A stretch of 64,000 nucleotides of DNA. Source: an uncultured Fibrobacteria bacterium (GTDB lineage: Bacteria > Fibrobacterota > Fibrobacteria > UBA11236). The notes under the pieces are model-generated. The model was not told where the DNA came from. It did not search any database and saw only the letters and a list, made by a program, of their open reading frames with translations. This document shows positions 52,016-63,281 of this stretch, in pieces (positions within the stretch are counted from its first letter, which is position 1; each line of letters opens with the position of its first letter). The stretch lies in assembly GCA_963716395.1 (NCBI GenBank), contig OY970309.1, forward strand, positions 3,552,001-3,616,000, given 5' to 3'. The position numbers were made by a program, and so were the translations under genes.

Positions 52016-53398
52016 ATGTCTAATCCCGATTCCGAAGAACAACTCGTGGAACAACCGGCCATCGGATTGTTCGCGGAATTGGGTTGGCAAACACTCAATG
52101 CAATAGAAGAAGCATTGGGTTCCGATGGAACACTGGGGCGCGAAGCCAAGAACGAAGTGGTTTTGACCCCACGATTACGAGCCGCTTTGGAAAAACTGAA
52201 TCCGGGATTGCCTTCGGCATCCATTGAAATGGCGGTGGAAGAATTGACCCGCGATCGTTCAGCCATGACCATGGTTGCGGCAAACCGGGAAGTATACGGA
52301 TTACTCAAAGAAGGCGTACCGGTTTCCGTTGCAGATAGTGAGAACGGCGCGCAAGAACCCAATCGGGTGCGGGTGGTGAATTGGGAACATCCATCGGAAA
52401 ACGAATTCCTCTTGGTCAGTCAAATGACAATCACCGGTCCTTTATACACCTGCCGCCCGGACTTAATCGGCTTTGTAAACGGCTTGCCCCTGGTGGTGGC
52501 GGAGTTGAAAAAGCCCGGTGTTCCCGCCATGCAAGCCTTCGATGAAAACCTCACCAGCTATAAACATGCGCAGAACGGCATCCCTCAACTTTTTTGGTAC
52601 AACGCTTTGCTTCTCGCCTCGAATGGGACGGAAAGCCGAGTCGGTTCGGTTACGGCGGATTGGGAACGGTTTTTTGAATGAAAGCGCGTCGAACGTGAAG
52701 ACGAACCTCGTCGAGTCTCCCTGGAGGTCATGATTCGGGGCGTTTGCGACAAAGCACGCTTCCTCGATTTGGTCGAGAACTTCACCTTGTTCTCTGAGAA
52801 AAAAGAATTGATCAAGGTCGTCGGCCAGAACCATCAATTCCTTGGCGTGAACAACGCCATTGCCGCGGCGCTCAAGGCTCGCGAGCAGGGCCACGGAAGT
52901 GGCGGCGTCTTCTGGCAAACGCAAGGATCCGGCAAGAGTTTTTCCATGGTGTTTTTTGCCCAGAAAATTCTTCGCAAAGTTCCGGGCGATTGGACTTTCG
53001 TGGTGGTGACGGACCGCGTGGAACTCGATGAACAAATCGCCAAAACCTTCAAGGCTTGCGGGGCAGTCAGCAAAGCCGAAGGCGATGCCTGCCATGCCCA
53101 AAGCGGATCGTATTTGCGTGAACTCCTGGGTGGCAACCACCGCTATGTGTTCACCCTCGTACACAAATTCCAAACCCCGGAAATTCTTTGCGATCGGCGA
53201 GACATCATGGTACTTACCGACGAAGCGCATCGCAGTCAATACGACACCATGGCTTTGAACATGCGATCCGCTTTGCCAAAAGCACTGTTCCTGGCCTTTA
53301 CCGGAACGCCGTTGATGGCGGGGGAAGAGCGCACCCGCGAGGTATTCGGCGATTACGTCTCGATTTACGATTTCCAACAATCGGTGGAAGACGAATAA
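52016..53398 (+). pseudogene. hsdR: Type I R-M restriction subunit, 5' half only, with in-frame TGA at 52679
   Basis: RPDLIGFVNGLPLVVAELK, WQTQGSGKS, VTDR, DEAHRSQY, FTGTP; ends at QQSVED. Confidence 0.88.
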
Positions 53399-54118
53399 GG
53401 CTTGAAGGTCGAGAATTGGTTTTTTGTCCCCTGGCAAATAAATATCCAGGGTTCCATCGTCTTGGGAAAAGACAAATATGATTTCAAAAGCAGGATGCCG
53501 GGGGCGACGTTGGAATTCTTTTCCTTCCCATTCGACGGATGCTTCGGCATAGTCTTCAGGATAGGCAAATAGGTATTCAAGCTTTCGCCTCCGGTAGGGT
53601 TCGACTTTGCAGTTCTGGCCCCTACCCTGGAGCCCATAAAAATATTTTCCAAGCTTGGTTTGAAATCGTTCAATGTCATCAGGCTCTAACTTTGGGGTCA
53701 CCTTGGGGACGTTTTTCCGCTTTCGCCAATACGAACCTGCTATCGAATCGGCATGGTGAAAGGATAGGGCACCATTCCAAAACTTTTTGCGGTTCAGGAA
53801 GGTCCAAAAAGCATGCTCATGAAATCCTGTTAAAGAAGCAAATTGAGGGGCGAGGTCTTCTTCATGAAAATGACCTTCATCGATTATGGCCTTTGATCCT
53901 TTTTCATTAGCCATGCCGTCGATTTCTTGAAATTCACCTTCAATTTCAATACGGACAGAATCGGGCAAAGCCAACCAAGCTTCGTAAATGGGATCAATAT
54001 CCGTTTCGCCCAAAGCATCAAATCCAAAGTCTTTTAGAATCTCTCTACGATGGAAGTATTCTTTTAAATATTGATTTGGCGCGTTTCTAAAAAATCGTTT
54101 GGGTTGGTATTGAGACAT
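53394..54118 (-). pseudogene. Conserved hypothetical protein truncated at a rearrangement junction
   Basis: MSQYQPKRFFRNAPN..QGRGQNCKVE..YPEDY; after LQALF the frame runs into antisense hsdR. Confidence 0.7.
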
Positions 54119-54597
54119 TATCCACCCGGAAACCTTAAATTGAATTCGGGATGAAGGTTTAAAACAATTAAGTCTTCTCCAGCTTTCAATCGGCGAATTA
54201 TATCCGACTTTTCCTCTTTAACTTCAATCGTGCAGTCTATTGGCACGAAATCAGGAGTTGGATCTCCTAGGTTGACCCAATTCGCCTCTTCGCCTTCAAC
54301 CATATCTTGAACCGCTTCAGCTTTTTCTCGAAACGGTGGCGGTGAATCTTCCCTCGTTGTCTCTATTACCCAATTGAATAAATCACGAATTTGATCTCCG
54401 GTGCCGAATACTTTAGTTTGCGCCGATTTCTGTTGCATGAGATTCATGAAAAAACCTTGCATGCCATCTGCATCAACTGGGACATTCGGTGGGTTCCAAT
54501 ACCAAAACCCAAAAATTTCAGCGGTTCCATCCCTAGCGAATTTCACCCTAGACGCTAAAATTGCTAATGGTATTTTTGTTCGAGCATCACCCATCAT
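54118..54597 (-). CDS. Hypothetical protein
   Basis: 159-aa AT-rich ORF overlapping the hsdR stop and the next start. Confidence 0.65.
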   Translation of the reverse strand: MMGDARTKIPLAILASRVKFARDGTAEIFGFWYWNPPNVPVDADGMQGFFMNLMQQKSAQTKVFGTGDQIRDLFNWVIETTREDSPPPFREKAEAVQDMVEGEEANWVNLGDPTPDFVPIDCTIEVKEEKSDIIRRLKAGEDLIVLNLHPEFNLRFPGG

Positions 54598-57500
54598 TCA
54601 TCCTTTTGGCGATGAGTTCGGCTTGTTCTAAGATGGTATCGGTCGCCAGTTTTTGCATGTCGGGAGGGTAGCCATATTGCCTTAGGATGCGTTTGACCAA
54701 TACCTTGAGTTTGGCCTTGACGCTTTCCTTGATGGTCCAATCGATGGAGGCATTTTTTTTGACTGCATCGTACAGGACCACGGCCAATTCACGCAATTGG
54801 GCCTTGGCCATAAGTTCTTTGGCGCTGTTATTGTTGGCGATGGCGGTATAGAAGGCGAACTCTTCGACGGATAAGCCCATTTCTTTGGGCTCTTTGTCCA
54901 TTTCGACGATGCCCTTGGAAAGCTTGATCAATTCTTCGATGACTTCGGCGGCGGTTAAAATCTTGTTGATGATACTTCTTGATGGAATTGTCGAGCATTT
55001 CCATGAGCGATTTGCTTTGGACCATATTGATTTCGGCCCGGCCTTTGATTTCATCATTCAAGAGTTTTCGCAAAACTTCCATGGCCAGGTTTTTATGACT
55101 CATGCCGCGCACTTCATTGAGGAAGTCTTCGGAGAGAATGGAGATATCCGGCTTTTTGATTCCGGCGGCATCGAAGACATCGATGACTTGATCGGTGACC
55201 AAGGCCTTGTCGATGACTTGGCGGATGGCGGTGTCGATTTCTTCATTGGACCGGCCTTTGCCGGGGCTGTCGAATTTGACCAAGCGGGCTTTGACGGCTT
55301 GGAAAAAGGAGATTTCGTCCTTGGCGTCCATGGCCTGCTCATGGGGCAAGGCAATGGAAAAGGCCTGGGATAAAGCTGTCACTTCGTCGATGAAGCGCTT
55401 CTTGCCATTCTCTAGGCCTAGAATATGGTCTTCGGCGGCAAGGATGAGAGAAAGCTTTTGACCGACATCGGCAGCGAAATAGTGTTCGTATTCGAAGCCA
55501 TGGAAGAGTTGGGAAACGATTTCCAACTTTTCCAACATGATGGCCACGGCTTTGTCTTGGGTTTCGGCGGGGTTGCCTTTACCTCCGGACTTGGAATAAA
55601 AATCGACGGCTGATTTTAAATCGGAGGCGATGCCCAGGTAATCGACAATGAGGCCGCCGGTTTTGTCTTTATAAACCCGGTTCACGCGGGCAATGGCCTG
55701 CATGAGGTTATGGCCCTTCATGGGCTTGTCGATATAAAGGGTATGGAGGCAAGGCACGTCAAAGCCGGTTAACCACATATCGCGAACGATGACGATTTTC
55801 AATTCGTCTTCGGGGGTTTTCATGCGGTCGGCCAAGGTGCGGCGCTGGTCCTTGGTGGTATGGTGTTTGGAAATCAAAGGCCCATCGGAGGAGGCCGAGG
55901 TCATAACCACCTTGAGCGCGCCCTTTTTCAAATCATCGCTATGCCAATCAGGCCGCAAATCAATCATGGCCTGATACAATTCGGCGGCGATGCGGCGCGA
56001 CATGGTGACTATCATGGCCTTGCCATCCATGGCGCTTTGGCGGGTTTCATAATGCAAGATGATGTCTTTGGCGACTTGCTTGATGCGGTCGGCACTGCCG
56101 ATGAGGGCTTCCAGTTGGGTCCATTTGGCCTTGGCCTTTTGGGCATCGGAAAGGTCTTCTTCGGCTAATTCATCATCGACTTCTTTGACGAGTTTGCGGC
56201 CCTCTTCGCTGAGGGAGATTTTGGCCAAGCGGCTTTCATAATAAATGCGAACCGTTGCGCCATCTTGCACGGCTTGGGCAATGTCATAGATATCGATATA
56301 ATTGCCGAATACCGCCGGGGTATTGACATCGGTGCCTTCAATAGGCGTGCCGGTAAAGCCCAAATAGGTGGCCTCGGGCAAGGCGTCGCGCATGTATTTG
56401 GCAAAGCCATAGACGATTTTTTTGCCGATGACTTGGCCCTTGTCGTCTTTGGCGTCGATGGTTTTGGCTTTGAAGCCGTATTGGGTGCGATGGGCTTCGT
56501 CGGCGATGACGATGATATTGGTACGGCTCGAAAGGGTTTCGTAAACATTGCCTTCAGTGGGCTGAAACTTTTGAATGGTGGCAAAGACCACCCCTCCCGA
56601 AGCCACCTTGAGCAAGTCTTTGAGCCGGTCGCGGTTTTCAGCTTGAACCGGTTCTTGCCGTAATAATTGCTTGGAAGCGGCGAAGGTGTCGAAAAGTTGA
56701 TCGTCCAAATCATTGCGGTCGGTAATGACCAAAATGGTGGGATTGTCCATGGCCAGCACGATTTTGCCGGTATAAAAGACCATGGAAAGCGATTTGCCCG
56801 AACCTTGGGTATGCCAAATCACCCCGCCCTTTTTATCGCCAATGGGCTGAGATTCCACCCCACCAAGGGGATAACGGGGCCGTGATTCCGCGACCAAGCC
56901 ATAGGCATGGGAGGATTCATTCACTAGGGCCGAGGCATAACCCGAAGCGCGCAAGGTCGATTCGACGGCGCGATTGACGGCATAGTATTGATGATAGGCC
57001 GCCAACTTTTTAACCGTTTGTAAGGTGATGATTCCCGTCTCGGTATCTCTTTCTTGGACTTTTCAAAAACGATGAAATGGCGAATCAAGTCCAATAGGGT
57101 GACCGGGTTCAGCATGCCGCGAATCAGGATTTCCAATTGGCCGATGAGGGGCGAGGCTTCGACCTTGCCATCGGAGGTTTTCCAAGCCATGAAACGACTG
57201 AGGCCAGCCGAAAGCGAACCGACCTTGGCTTCTAAGCCATCGGAAATGATTAAGAAAGCATTGTAAGTGAAAAGCGAAGGAATAACCTGCTTATAGGTTT
57301 CCAATTGCTGGTAGGCCGATTTCAAAGTGGCATTTTCATCGGTGGCATTCTTAAGTTCCATCACCACCAAGGGCAAGCCATTGACGAAAAGCAAAATATC
57401 GGGCCGCTTATTGACATTGTTTTCGACGATGGTGAATTGATTCACTACGGCAAAGTCATTGCGGTCGGGATGCTGCCAATCAATGAGCCAAACCAAGTCT

Positions 57501-57827
57501 CCCCTGACTTTGGCCTTTTTCTTGATAGGTGACCTTGATGCCTTCGGTTAAAAGACGATGAAAGGTTTCATTATTGGTGAGGAGATCGGGCGAAGCAATG
57601 CGCTGAACTTGGCGAATGGCATCTTCACGGCAATCGGCGGGAACGGTGGGATTGATGCGCGCCACGGCGCTTTTTAAGGCTTCGATTAAAAGGACATCGG
57701 CAAAAGATGCACGGGCCGGGTTTTCGCTATCGGGGGCGATGTCGGGGCCGTGAAGAGCCTGGAATCCTTGTTTCTCCAGCAAACCAATGGCATAGTCTTC
57801 GATTGCGGATTCATTCATTCGGTTCAA
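54587..57827 (-). pseudogene. hsdR: Type I R-M restriction subunit, full length but with three frameshifts (~57505, ~57045, ~54965)
   Basis: [54 protein letters not shown] spread over four ORFs. Confidence 0.88.
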
Positions 57828-57874
57828 TCGTTACCGCCTTGGGCTTGGGTCGCTTTCATGGAATCAGTTTCCGA

Positions 57875-59111
57875 TTAGAAATTCACGCGCACTTCACCGG
57901 ACATGAGTTTGGGAAGGAGGGTGTCGCGGAGTGGATTCGAGATTGCTAATCTGTGATTTATTTGTAACAATTTTTTGAAACAAGTTATCCGCAATTTCGA
58001 GAAATCGAGAGTTTTTCATATCGAATGGGAAGTGGAATAACTATTTGAATGGATTTCAATTGGATCTTAAATTCGATTCGCGTCCCCAATAGCCGATAGT
58101 ACCACCATAGTCGCTTTAAATGATTATGATTTGAAATAAAAATATATAAACTCCTTGTAACCTTGATTAATAGGATGGAGTTTTGCAATGGCATTGATTG
58201 ATGTAATAGCATTTCGTGTCGACGCAATGCAACACTTCCACATTTCCCGTTAATGAAAGTAAATATCGTATTTTTGCAGGTAGCAATAGCCTGGCATGTT
58301 AACGGGAGAACACCAATTCTATCTGCTTTTCAAGTGTAAATAACCATACTTGAATATCCTTAATTGAAATCAATCGAAACATTCAAGTTGATAAACGCAT
58401 TGGATCTCAATTCGCGAAGCTGTGATTGGATTTTGATCAATATTCGAAATTGCACTCCATTCTCTTCCCACCCCGCATCCGCCTCCTCCACAAACCACTG
58501 CCGGAAAAGCGCCTCGGCCATGGCCTCTAGCGTCTTGTTCTGCCGATGCAAGAGGTCGATTTTGTCGTCGAGACTGGAAAGCACTCCCGCGATGGCGCGC
58601 TGTTCAGGGAGCGGGGGGAGGAGGATTTGAAGCAGTTTTCAATATTTTGATTCAACGAGGGCATTGCTTGTACTGACGAATTTCGCCAAAGAATCCATTC
58701 CTTATATGAGTTTAAACCGAATTGATGTAGTAATAGATATACCGATTAGATCAGAGTCTTTAGAATTCGGACTCTTAACAATCGAACTTGCTTGAATTAA
58801 CCTTCTTCGTTCGCCGTAATTATTGACCTTCGAACTCATACAACACCGTGGTTACAAATAGGATTCCCCCGTGATAATCTAATTAGGATATCTTTTTCAG
58901 ACACTTCACATGACTTAAATCATAATTGCCTGGTCATTCCAATATAATTGCGCCAATCATCATTGAAAACGCAAAATCAGGAACGTTTTGATTCGAATCA
59001 GCGCATTCCCCTCAAGTTAATATGTCTTTGAATCGACCGCTTTGAAGTCAGCATCGCTTCCAATTCAATGTGGTTATATCAGCCTAGTTTGAATTCCTTC
59101 CACTCCTTCAC
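57875..59111 (-). pseudogene. hsdS: Type I R-M specificity subunit with scrambled TRDs
   Basis: GTG MKEWKEFKLG; central [29 protein letters not shown]; C-terminal LRDTLLPKLMSGEVRVNF*; many stops and indels in the TRDs. Confidence 0.85.
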
Positions 59112-59130
59112 CCCCTACCTCCACCGCTGC

Positions 59131-59204
59131 GGGGTCCGGGGCGGTAGCCCCGGAGAGGGGGTAGCGGAAGCCCGAAGGGCTGAAGCGAGGGGGAGGCTTC
59201 CCCC
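59131..59204. repeat. REP-like cluster of three short GC hairpins
   Basis: CCGGGGC-ggta-GCCCCGG 59136-59153; AGCCC-gaa-GGGCT 59169-59181; GGGGGA-ggct-TCCCCC 59189-59204. Confidence 0.6.
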
Positions 59205-59213
59205 ATCCAGAAA

Positions 59214-60134
59214 TCAAACATGCTTTGATACTCCGGTGGGAATCCAAATGGGGCTTTCGCGCCAATTTTCTGGAAAGCCCATATCTCTTTGTGGCAATTC
59301 GGGAAATTCGGCAAGCTTTGCTTGAAGGCGCTCGGCCCATTGACTTTGCGGTGCTAGGATGCGCATGCAGTATCGGCAAATGGTAAGGATGGAGAAAATT
59401 CGGTTCTTGGGAATAGCAACTGGGGCATGCCATTCGGGATATTGTTTTGCGAGGGGTATCCATGGTTTGATACCGAGTTCGCGATTCCAAAGTCGCGCAT
59501 GGTGAGCGCAAATATTGCGCACGGTGTTGAGGCAGAGCAACCACGATTCTAGCACTTGCGCGGGCATTTCAAACAGGTTTGCGACTAGCTGTTTCACCTT
59601 ATGCGGACTGGCTTTGTAAAGGGTGAGGGTACTACCCATGGACATGACTTCGGTCAGCATCCAAATCGGTAAATGAGGATGGGCATCACCGTATTTGTCG
59701 ACGAAATGCCTTCGAAATGGCTCGTGGCTTCGAATGGCTTCTTCCGATATTCGAGCTATGAATTTTTCGCGGTCGATATTGTTTTTGAAATCAGGAAGAC
59801 TTTCTGGTTTTTCAGCATAGCCAAAAGGCCCGAAGAGTTGAGAATGATGCAAGGCCAATTGAGTGCGTACGGCGACTTCGATACGCTCAATGGCATCCAT
59901 CACCAGCAATCGTAATTGGCGGTCGAAAGCATAACGACGCCATACTGTATCAAACCGAGTGCCTTCCCGAAAAGAATCGTCGGAATTCCGAAAGGGATAC
60001 CAGTAGCCGCTCAGACGGTAATAGCTGACACCACCTAGTTTTTCGATGATGAAATCTCGGTCGCCGAGCATGCCTCGGCGCAGTAATAATTCGGCTTGTT
60101 GTTTGGGGGTGAGCGAGGGTTTGGTGTATTTCAG
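59214..60134 (-). CDS. Abi_2 (AbiD/AbiF) family HEPN protein; start probably CTG 60134 or GTG 60140
   Basis: KYTKP, VSYYRLSGY, YAFDRQLR, IERIEVAVR, PIW..E..MG, RNICAHH (RxxxxH). Confidence 0.92.
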   Translation of the reverse strand: MKYTKPSLTPKQQAELLLRRGMLGDRDFIIEKLGGVSYYRLSGYWYPFRNSDDSFREGTRFDTVWRRYAFDRQLRLLVMDAIERIEVAVRTQLALHHSQLFGPFGYAEKPESLPDFKNNIDREKFIARISEEAIRSHEPFRRHFVDKYGDAHPHLPIWMLTEVMSMGSTLTLYKASPHKVKQLVANLFEMPAQVLESWLLCLNTVRNICAHHARLWNRELGIKPWIPLAKQYPEWHAPVAIPKNRIFSILTICRYCMRILAPQSQWAERLQAKLAEFPELPQRDMGFPENWRESPIWIPTGVSKHV

Positions 60135-60148
60135 AAACACCTCGCCCA

Positions 60149-60209
60149 AAAACAAAAAGACCCGCCGAGAGATAGCGTGTCTTGCGACAGAGGCCCGGCG
60201 GGTTTGCTG
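60149..60209 (-). ncRNA. Putative abiF-type small RNA / attenuating hairpin upstream of Abi_2
   Basis: ACCCGCCG/CGGCGGGT outer stem (60203-60196 / 60167-60160); inner TGTC-GCAA-GACA GNRA hairpin; followed by CTTTTTGTTTTT. Confidence 0.7.
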
Positions 60210-60215
60210 AAATTC

Positions 60216-60244
60216 ATAGTAGGTAGGAACCTGGTAAAAGTCAA
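60216..60244 (-). promoter_or_regulatory. Sigma70 promoter of the RNA-Abi cassette
   Basis: TTGACT (60244-60239) - N17 - TACTAT (60221-60216). Confidence 0.8.
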
Positions 60245-60292
60245 GTTTGCTTGGGGATTAGCTTGTGTTCGTGGGCGGTTTTTGAAGGAATA

Positions 60293-60898
60293 CAAGGCAT
60301 TTTCGAGTTCGCGTTCGTCGTGTTTGGCGCGCAAGGTGAGGAAGTCGAAATTGTTTGGGTCTTTGATGATTTGCTGGGCTAGGTCGCTTTGGGGTTGGGG
60401 CAAGGTGGCGGGGAATTTGGTGATGGCCTTGCCTTCGCGATGGTAGAGGCCGCCTTCGATTTGATGGGTGAGCACGGCCCGCGACTAGCCATTTTGCAGG
60501 GTTTTTTGGATATAGAATTCGGCCTCCTGGTGGGAGGCGGCCTTGCTCAAAATGACCAGATTGTGACCCCAGGGAATTTGGGCAACAAGCTGTTGCCCAA
60601 TTGCCGAAGCCCCTGACCAAAAGAGAACCCATTGGCGTATGTATTTCAGATTCCGCAGGGAAAATCCGGTCATGTCCGGGAATTCGGCGGACAGGTCTTT
60701 GCTGAGTTGGGTTAAAAAGCCATCGCCCCAAACCGCGTTTTTCTGTCTTTCCAAAATGTCTTCGCCGAGATCCCAATAGAACAAGAGCAATTCTTGATTG
60801 ACTTTGAGGGCGGCGCTGAGTTGCACCTGCCTGACCTTGGCTTTTAAAGCTTTGAGCCAGTCGGCATAGGCCCGGTCGGTTTTTAAAAGTTCGGCCAT
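60293..60898 (-). pseudogene. YhcG/DUF1016 PD-(D/E)xK nuclease-family gene, amber at 60485 and truncated at ~60293
   Basis: VNQELLLFYWDLG, GFSLRNLKYIRQW, IPWGHN, NG*SR, KDPNNFDFL, ERELENAL then breaks. Confidence 0.85.
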
Positions 60899-60903
60899 TC
60901 CCT

Positions 60904-62511
60904 TTAAACCTTGACCTTGGCCAGATTATCCAAGATGAGCTTATTCAGCTTTTTCTCTTCGACCAATTGGGCTTCGAAGTCCGCCTTGAGCGAGGTGAAG
61001 CGTTCTTTGAAATCGAAATCGTCTTCTTCATCGGGCAAGCCCACATAGCGGCCCGGAGTCAAGACATAGTCGAGTTCTTTGACCCGGTCGAGGGAAGTTG
61101 AATTGCAAAAGCCTTTGATGTCCTCGTATTTGCCTTTGACCTTGCGCCACCCGTGATAAGTGTCGGAGATTTTTTGGATGTCGGCTTCCGAAAGTTCCTT
61201 GGTGCGGCGATTGATGAGAAAGCCTTCATTGCGGGCATCGATGAAAAGAATTTCATTCGTTCGGTTTCGATAGCCTCCATTGGATTTATTGCGCGAGAGA
61301 AACCAAAGGCAAGCGGGGATTTGCGTATTCAAAAAAAGCTTGGCGGGAAGATTGACGATGCAATCGACGAGGCGCGCTTCGATGAGGGCTTTGCGAATAT
61401 CGCCTTCGCCGGAGCTTTTCGAAGTGAGCGAACCTTTGGCTAAGACGAAACCAGCAATGCCACTGGGGCTGAGGTGATAAAGAAAATGCTGGATCCACGC
61501 ATAGTTGGCACTGCCTGAAGGCGGGGTGCCGAATTTCCAGCGGCCATCCTTGCGGAGTAAATCGCCGGACCAATCGCTGTCATTGAAGGGCGGATTGGCG
61601 ATGACGAAATCGGCTTTCAAGTCTTTGTGGGCATCGTTGAGAAAGGAGCCTTCATTATTCCAGCGCACTTGCGAGCTGTCGATGCCGCGAATGGCGAGAT
61701 TCATTTTGGCCAAGCGCCAAGTGGTTTGATTCGATTCTTGCCCATAAATCGAAATGTCATTGACCTTGCCTTGATGCGCGAGAACGAGTTTTTCGCTTTG
61801 CACAAACATGCCACCCGATCCACAACACGGATCAAATACCCGGCCCTTATAGGGTTCGAGCATTTTGACGAGGAGTTCGACGATGCTGCGGGGGGTATAG
61901 AACTGTCCGCCCTGCTTGCCTTCGGCTAAGGCGAATTCGCCGAGGAAGTATTCAAAGACATGGCCGAGCACGTCGGCGCTGCGGGATTTGGTATCCCCTA
62001 GGGCGATATTGCTCACCAGGTCGATGAGGCCGCCCAAGGTGGTCGGGTCTAGGTTACCGCGCGCAAAGACCTTGGGAAGCACGTCTTTGAGGGAGGCATT
62101 GTCCTTTTCGATGGCGTCCATGGCGGCATCGACGGCTTTGCCGATGGTGGCTTGCTTGGCGCGCGCTTGCAGAAAAGACCAGCGTGCAATTTCAGGGACA
62201 AAGAAGACATTCTCGGCTTTGTATTCGTCTTTGTCTTCGGGGTCAGAACCCTTGTATTCGCCTTTTCCTGACTTAAGCTTGGCATGCAATTCTTCAAAGG
62301 CGTCGGAGATGTATTTCAGAAAGATGAGGCCGAGAACGATATGTTTGTATTCGGCGGCGTCGATGTTTTTTCGGAGCTTGTCGGCGGCCTTCCAAAGTTG
62401 TTTTTCGAGGGGTTCGTCTTTGGAATCCGAAGCCTTTGGCGAGGTCTTTCCGGTCAAGCTTTTTGAAATGACGCTTTTGGGGATGTTCTTGCTGCCTTTG
62501 GGTCTTGCCAA
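60904..62511 (-). CDS. hsdM: Type I R-M methyltransferase
   Basis: [39 protein letters not shown]; TTG start after GGAG. Confidence 0.95.
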   Translation of the reverse strand: MARPKGSKNIPKSVISKSLTGKTSPKASDSKDEPLEKQLWKAADKLRKNIDAAEYKHIVLGLIFLKYISDAFEELHAKLKSGKGEYKGSDPEDKDEYKAENVFFVPEIARWSFLQARAKQATIGKAVDAAMDAIEKDNASLKDVLPKVFARGNLDPTTLGGLIDLVSNIALGDTKSRSADVLGHVFEYFLGEFALAEGKQGGQFYTPRSIVELLVKMLEPYKGRVFDPCCGSGGMFVQSEKLVLAHQGKVNDISIYGQESNQTTWRLAKMNLAIRGIDSSQVRWNNEGSFLNDAHKDLKADFVIANPPFNDSDWSGDLLRKDGRWKFGTPPSGSANYAWIQHFLYHLSPSGIAGFVLAKGSLTSKSSGEGDIRKALIEARLVDCIVNLPAKLFLNTQIPACLWFLSRNKSNGGYRNRTNEILFIDARNEGFLINRRTKELSEADIQKISDTYHGWRKVKGKYEDIKGFCNSTSLDRVKELDYVLTPGRYVGLPDEEDDFDFKERFTSLKADFEAQLVEEKKLNKLILDNLAKVKV

Positions 62512-62595
62512 TGAGGTCTCCAATGCGGGGTTGTTTAATGAAACACATTGAAATGTATTCCAACCGCTGGCCTTGGAGGGAATGGCCTGGGGAAA

Positions 62596-63228
62596 TTAGG
62601 CTGTTTTGACCATGGGAATGATGCGGATATCACGCTTCAATTCATCCAAGTAATCGGCCCAGGCCTGCATCATTTCACGCCTACGGGGTAGGTGCTCGGC
62701 ATAGTTATAAGCGGCACTCACCGCATTTTGTTCGGCATGCGCCAACTGCCGTTCGATGACGTGATGTTCCCAACCGATCTCATGCAAGCGAGTTGAAGCC
62801 ATACTCCGAAAGCCATGACCTGTCATTTCATCTTTGGAATATCCCATGCGACGCAAGGCGGCAAGGATGGCGTTTTCACTCATGGGGCGAAGACGCGAAA
62901 GGCCACCCGGGAAAATGAATTTGGGCGCATTCGGTTTGGCGGGTATGCCGTGGCCAGTTAAAGGCTTGATTTCATTCAATATATCGATGGCTTGCTTAGA
63001 AAGTGGAACAATATGTTGTTCCCGCATCTTCATCCGTTCAGCCGGAATCCGCCATTCCGATTTTTCAAAATCGAACTCCGACCACACTGTCTGGCGCAGT
63101 TCGCCCGGCCGCACAAAAACCAACGGAGACAACCACAAAGCGCATTTGGTCACGAAAAAACCTTCATAAGCATCAATCGCCCGCAACAATTCGCCGATGC
63201 GTTTCGGATCGATAATCGATGAATTATG
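62596..63228 (-). pseudogene. P4-like tyrosine integrase, catalytic domain only (N-terminus deleted)
   Basis: FVRPGEL (R), MK (K), HGFR, LAH, AYNY (Y); arm- and core-binding domains absent before tmRNA. Confidence 0.88.
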
Positions 63229-63281
63229 TCAAATTCGAGACTTAATAGGACTTTATGGGATGCCCTAGGAAGAGGAAAAAA

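Larger units (their letters stand above)
46504..63281. mobile_element. Degenerate defence genomic island at the tmRNA 3' end (left boundary uncertain; may include 45051-46502)
   Basis: Tyrosine integrase fragment next to the ssrA 3' end; two type I R-M loci; Abi genes; visibly lower GC; no att duplication found by eye. Confidence 0.8.

Noticed and set aside
52679-52681. Stop-codon recoding (TGA or TAG as Trp)
   Set aside because: TGA and TAG terminate many core genes normally in this window
52463-53393. C-terminal part of the 551-aa ORF
   Set aside because: It is the antisense of hsdR, read through after the junction
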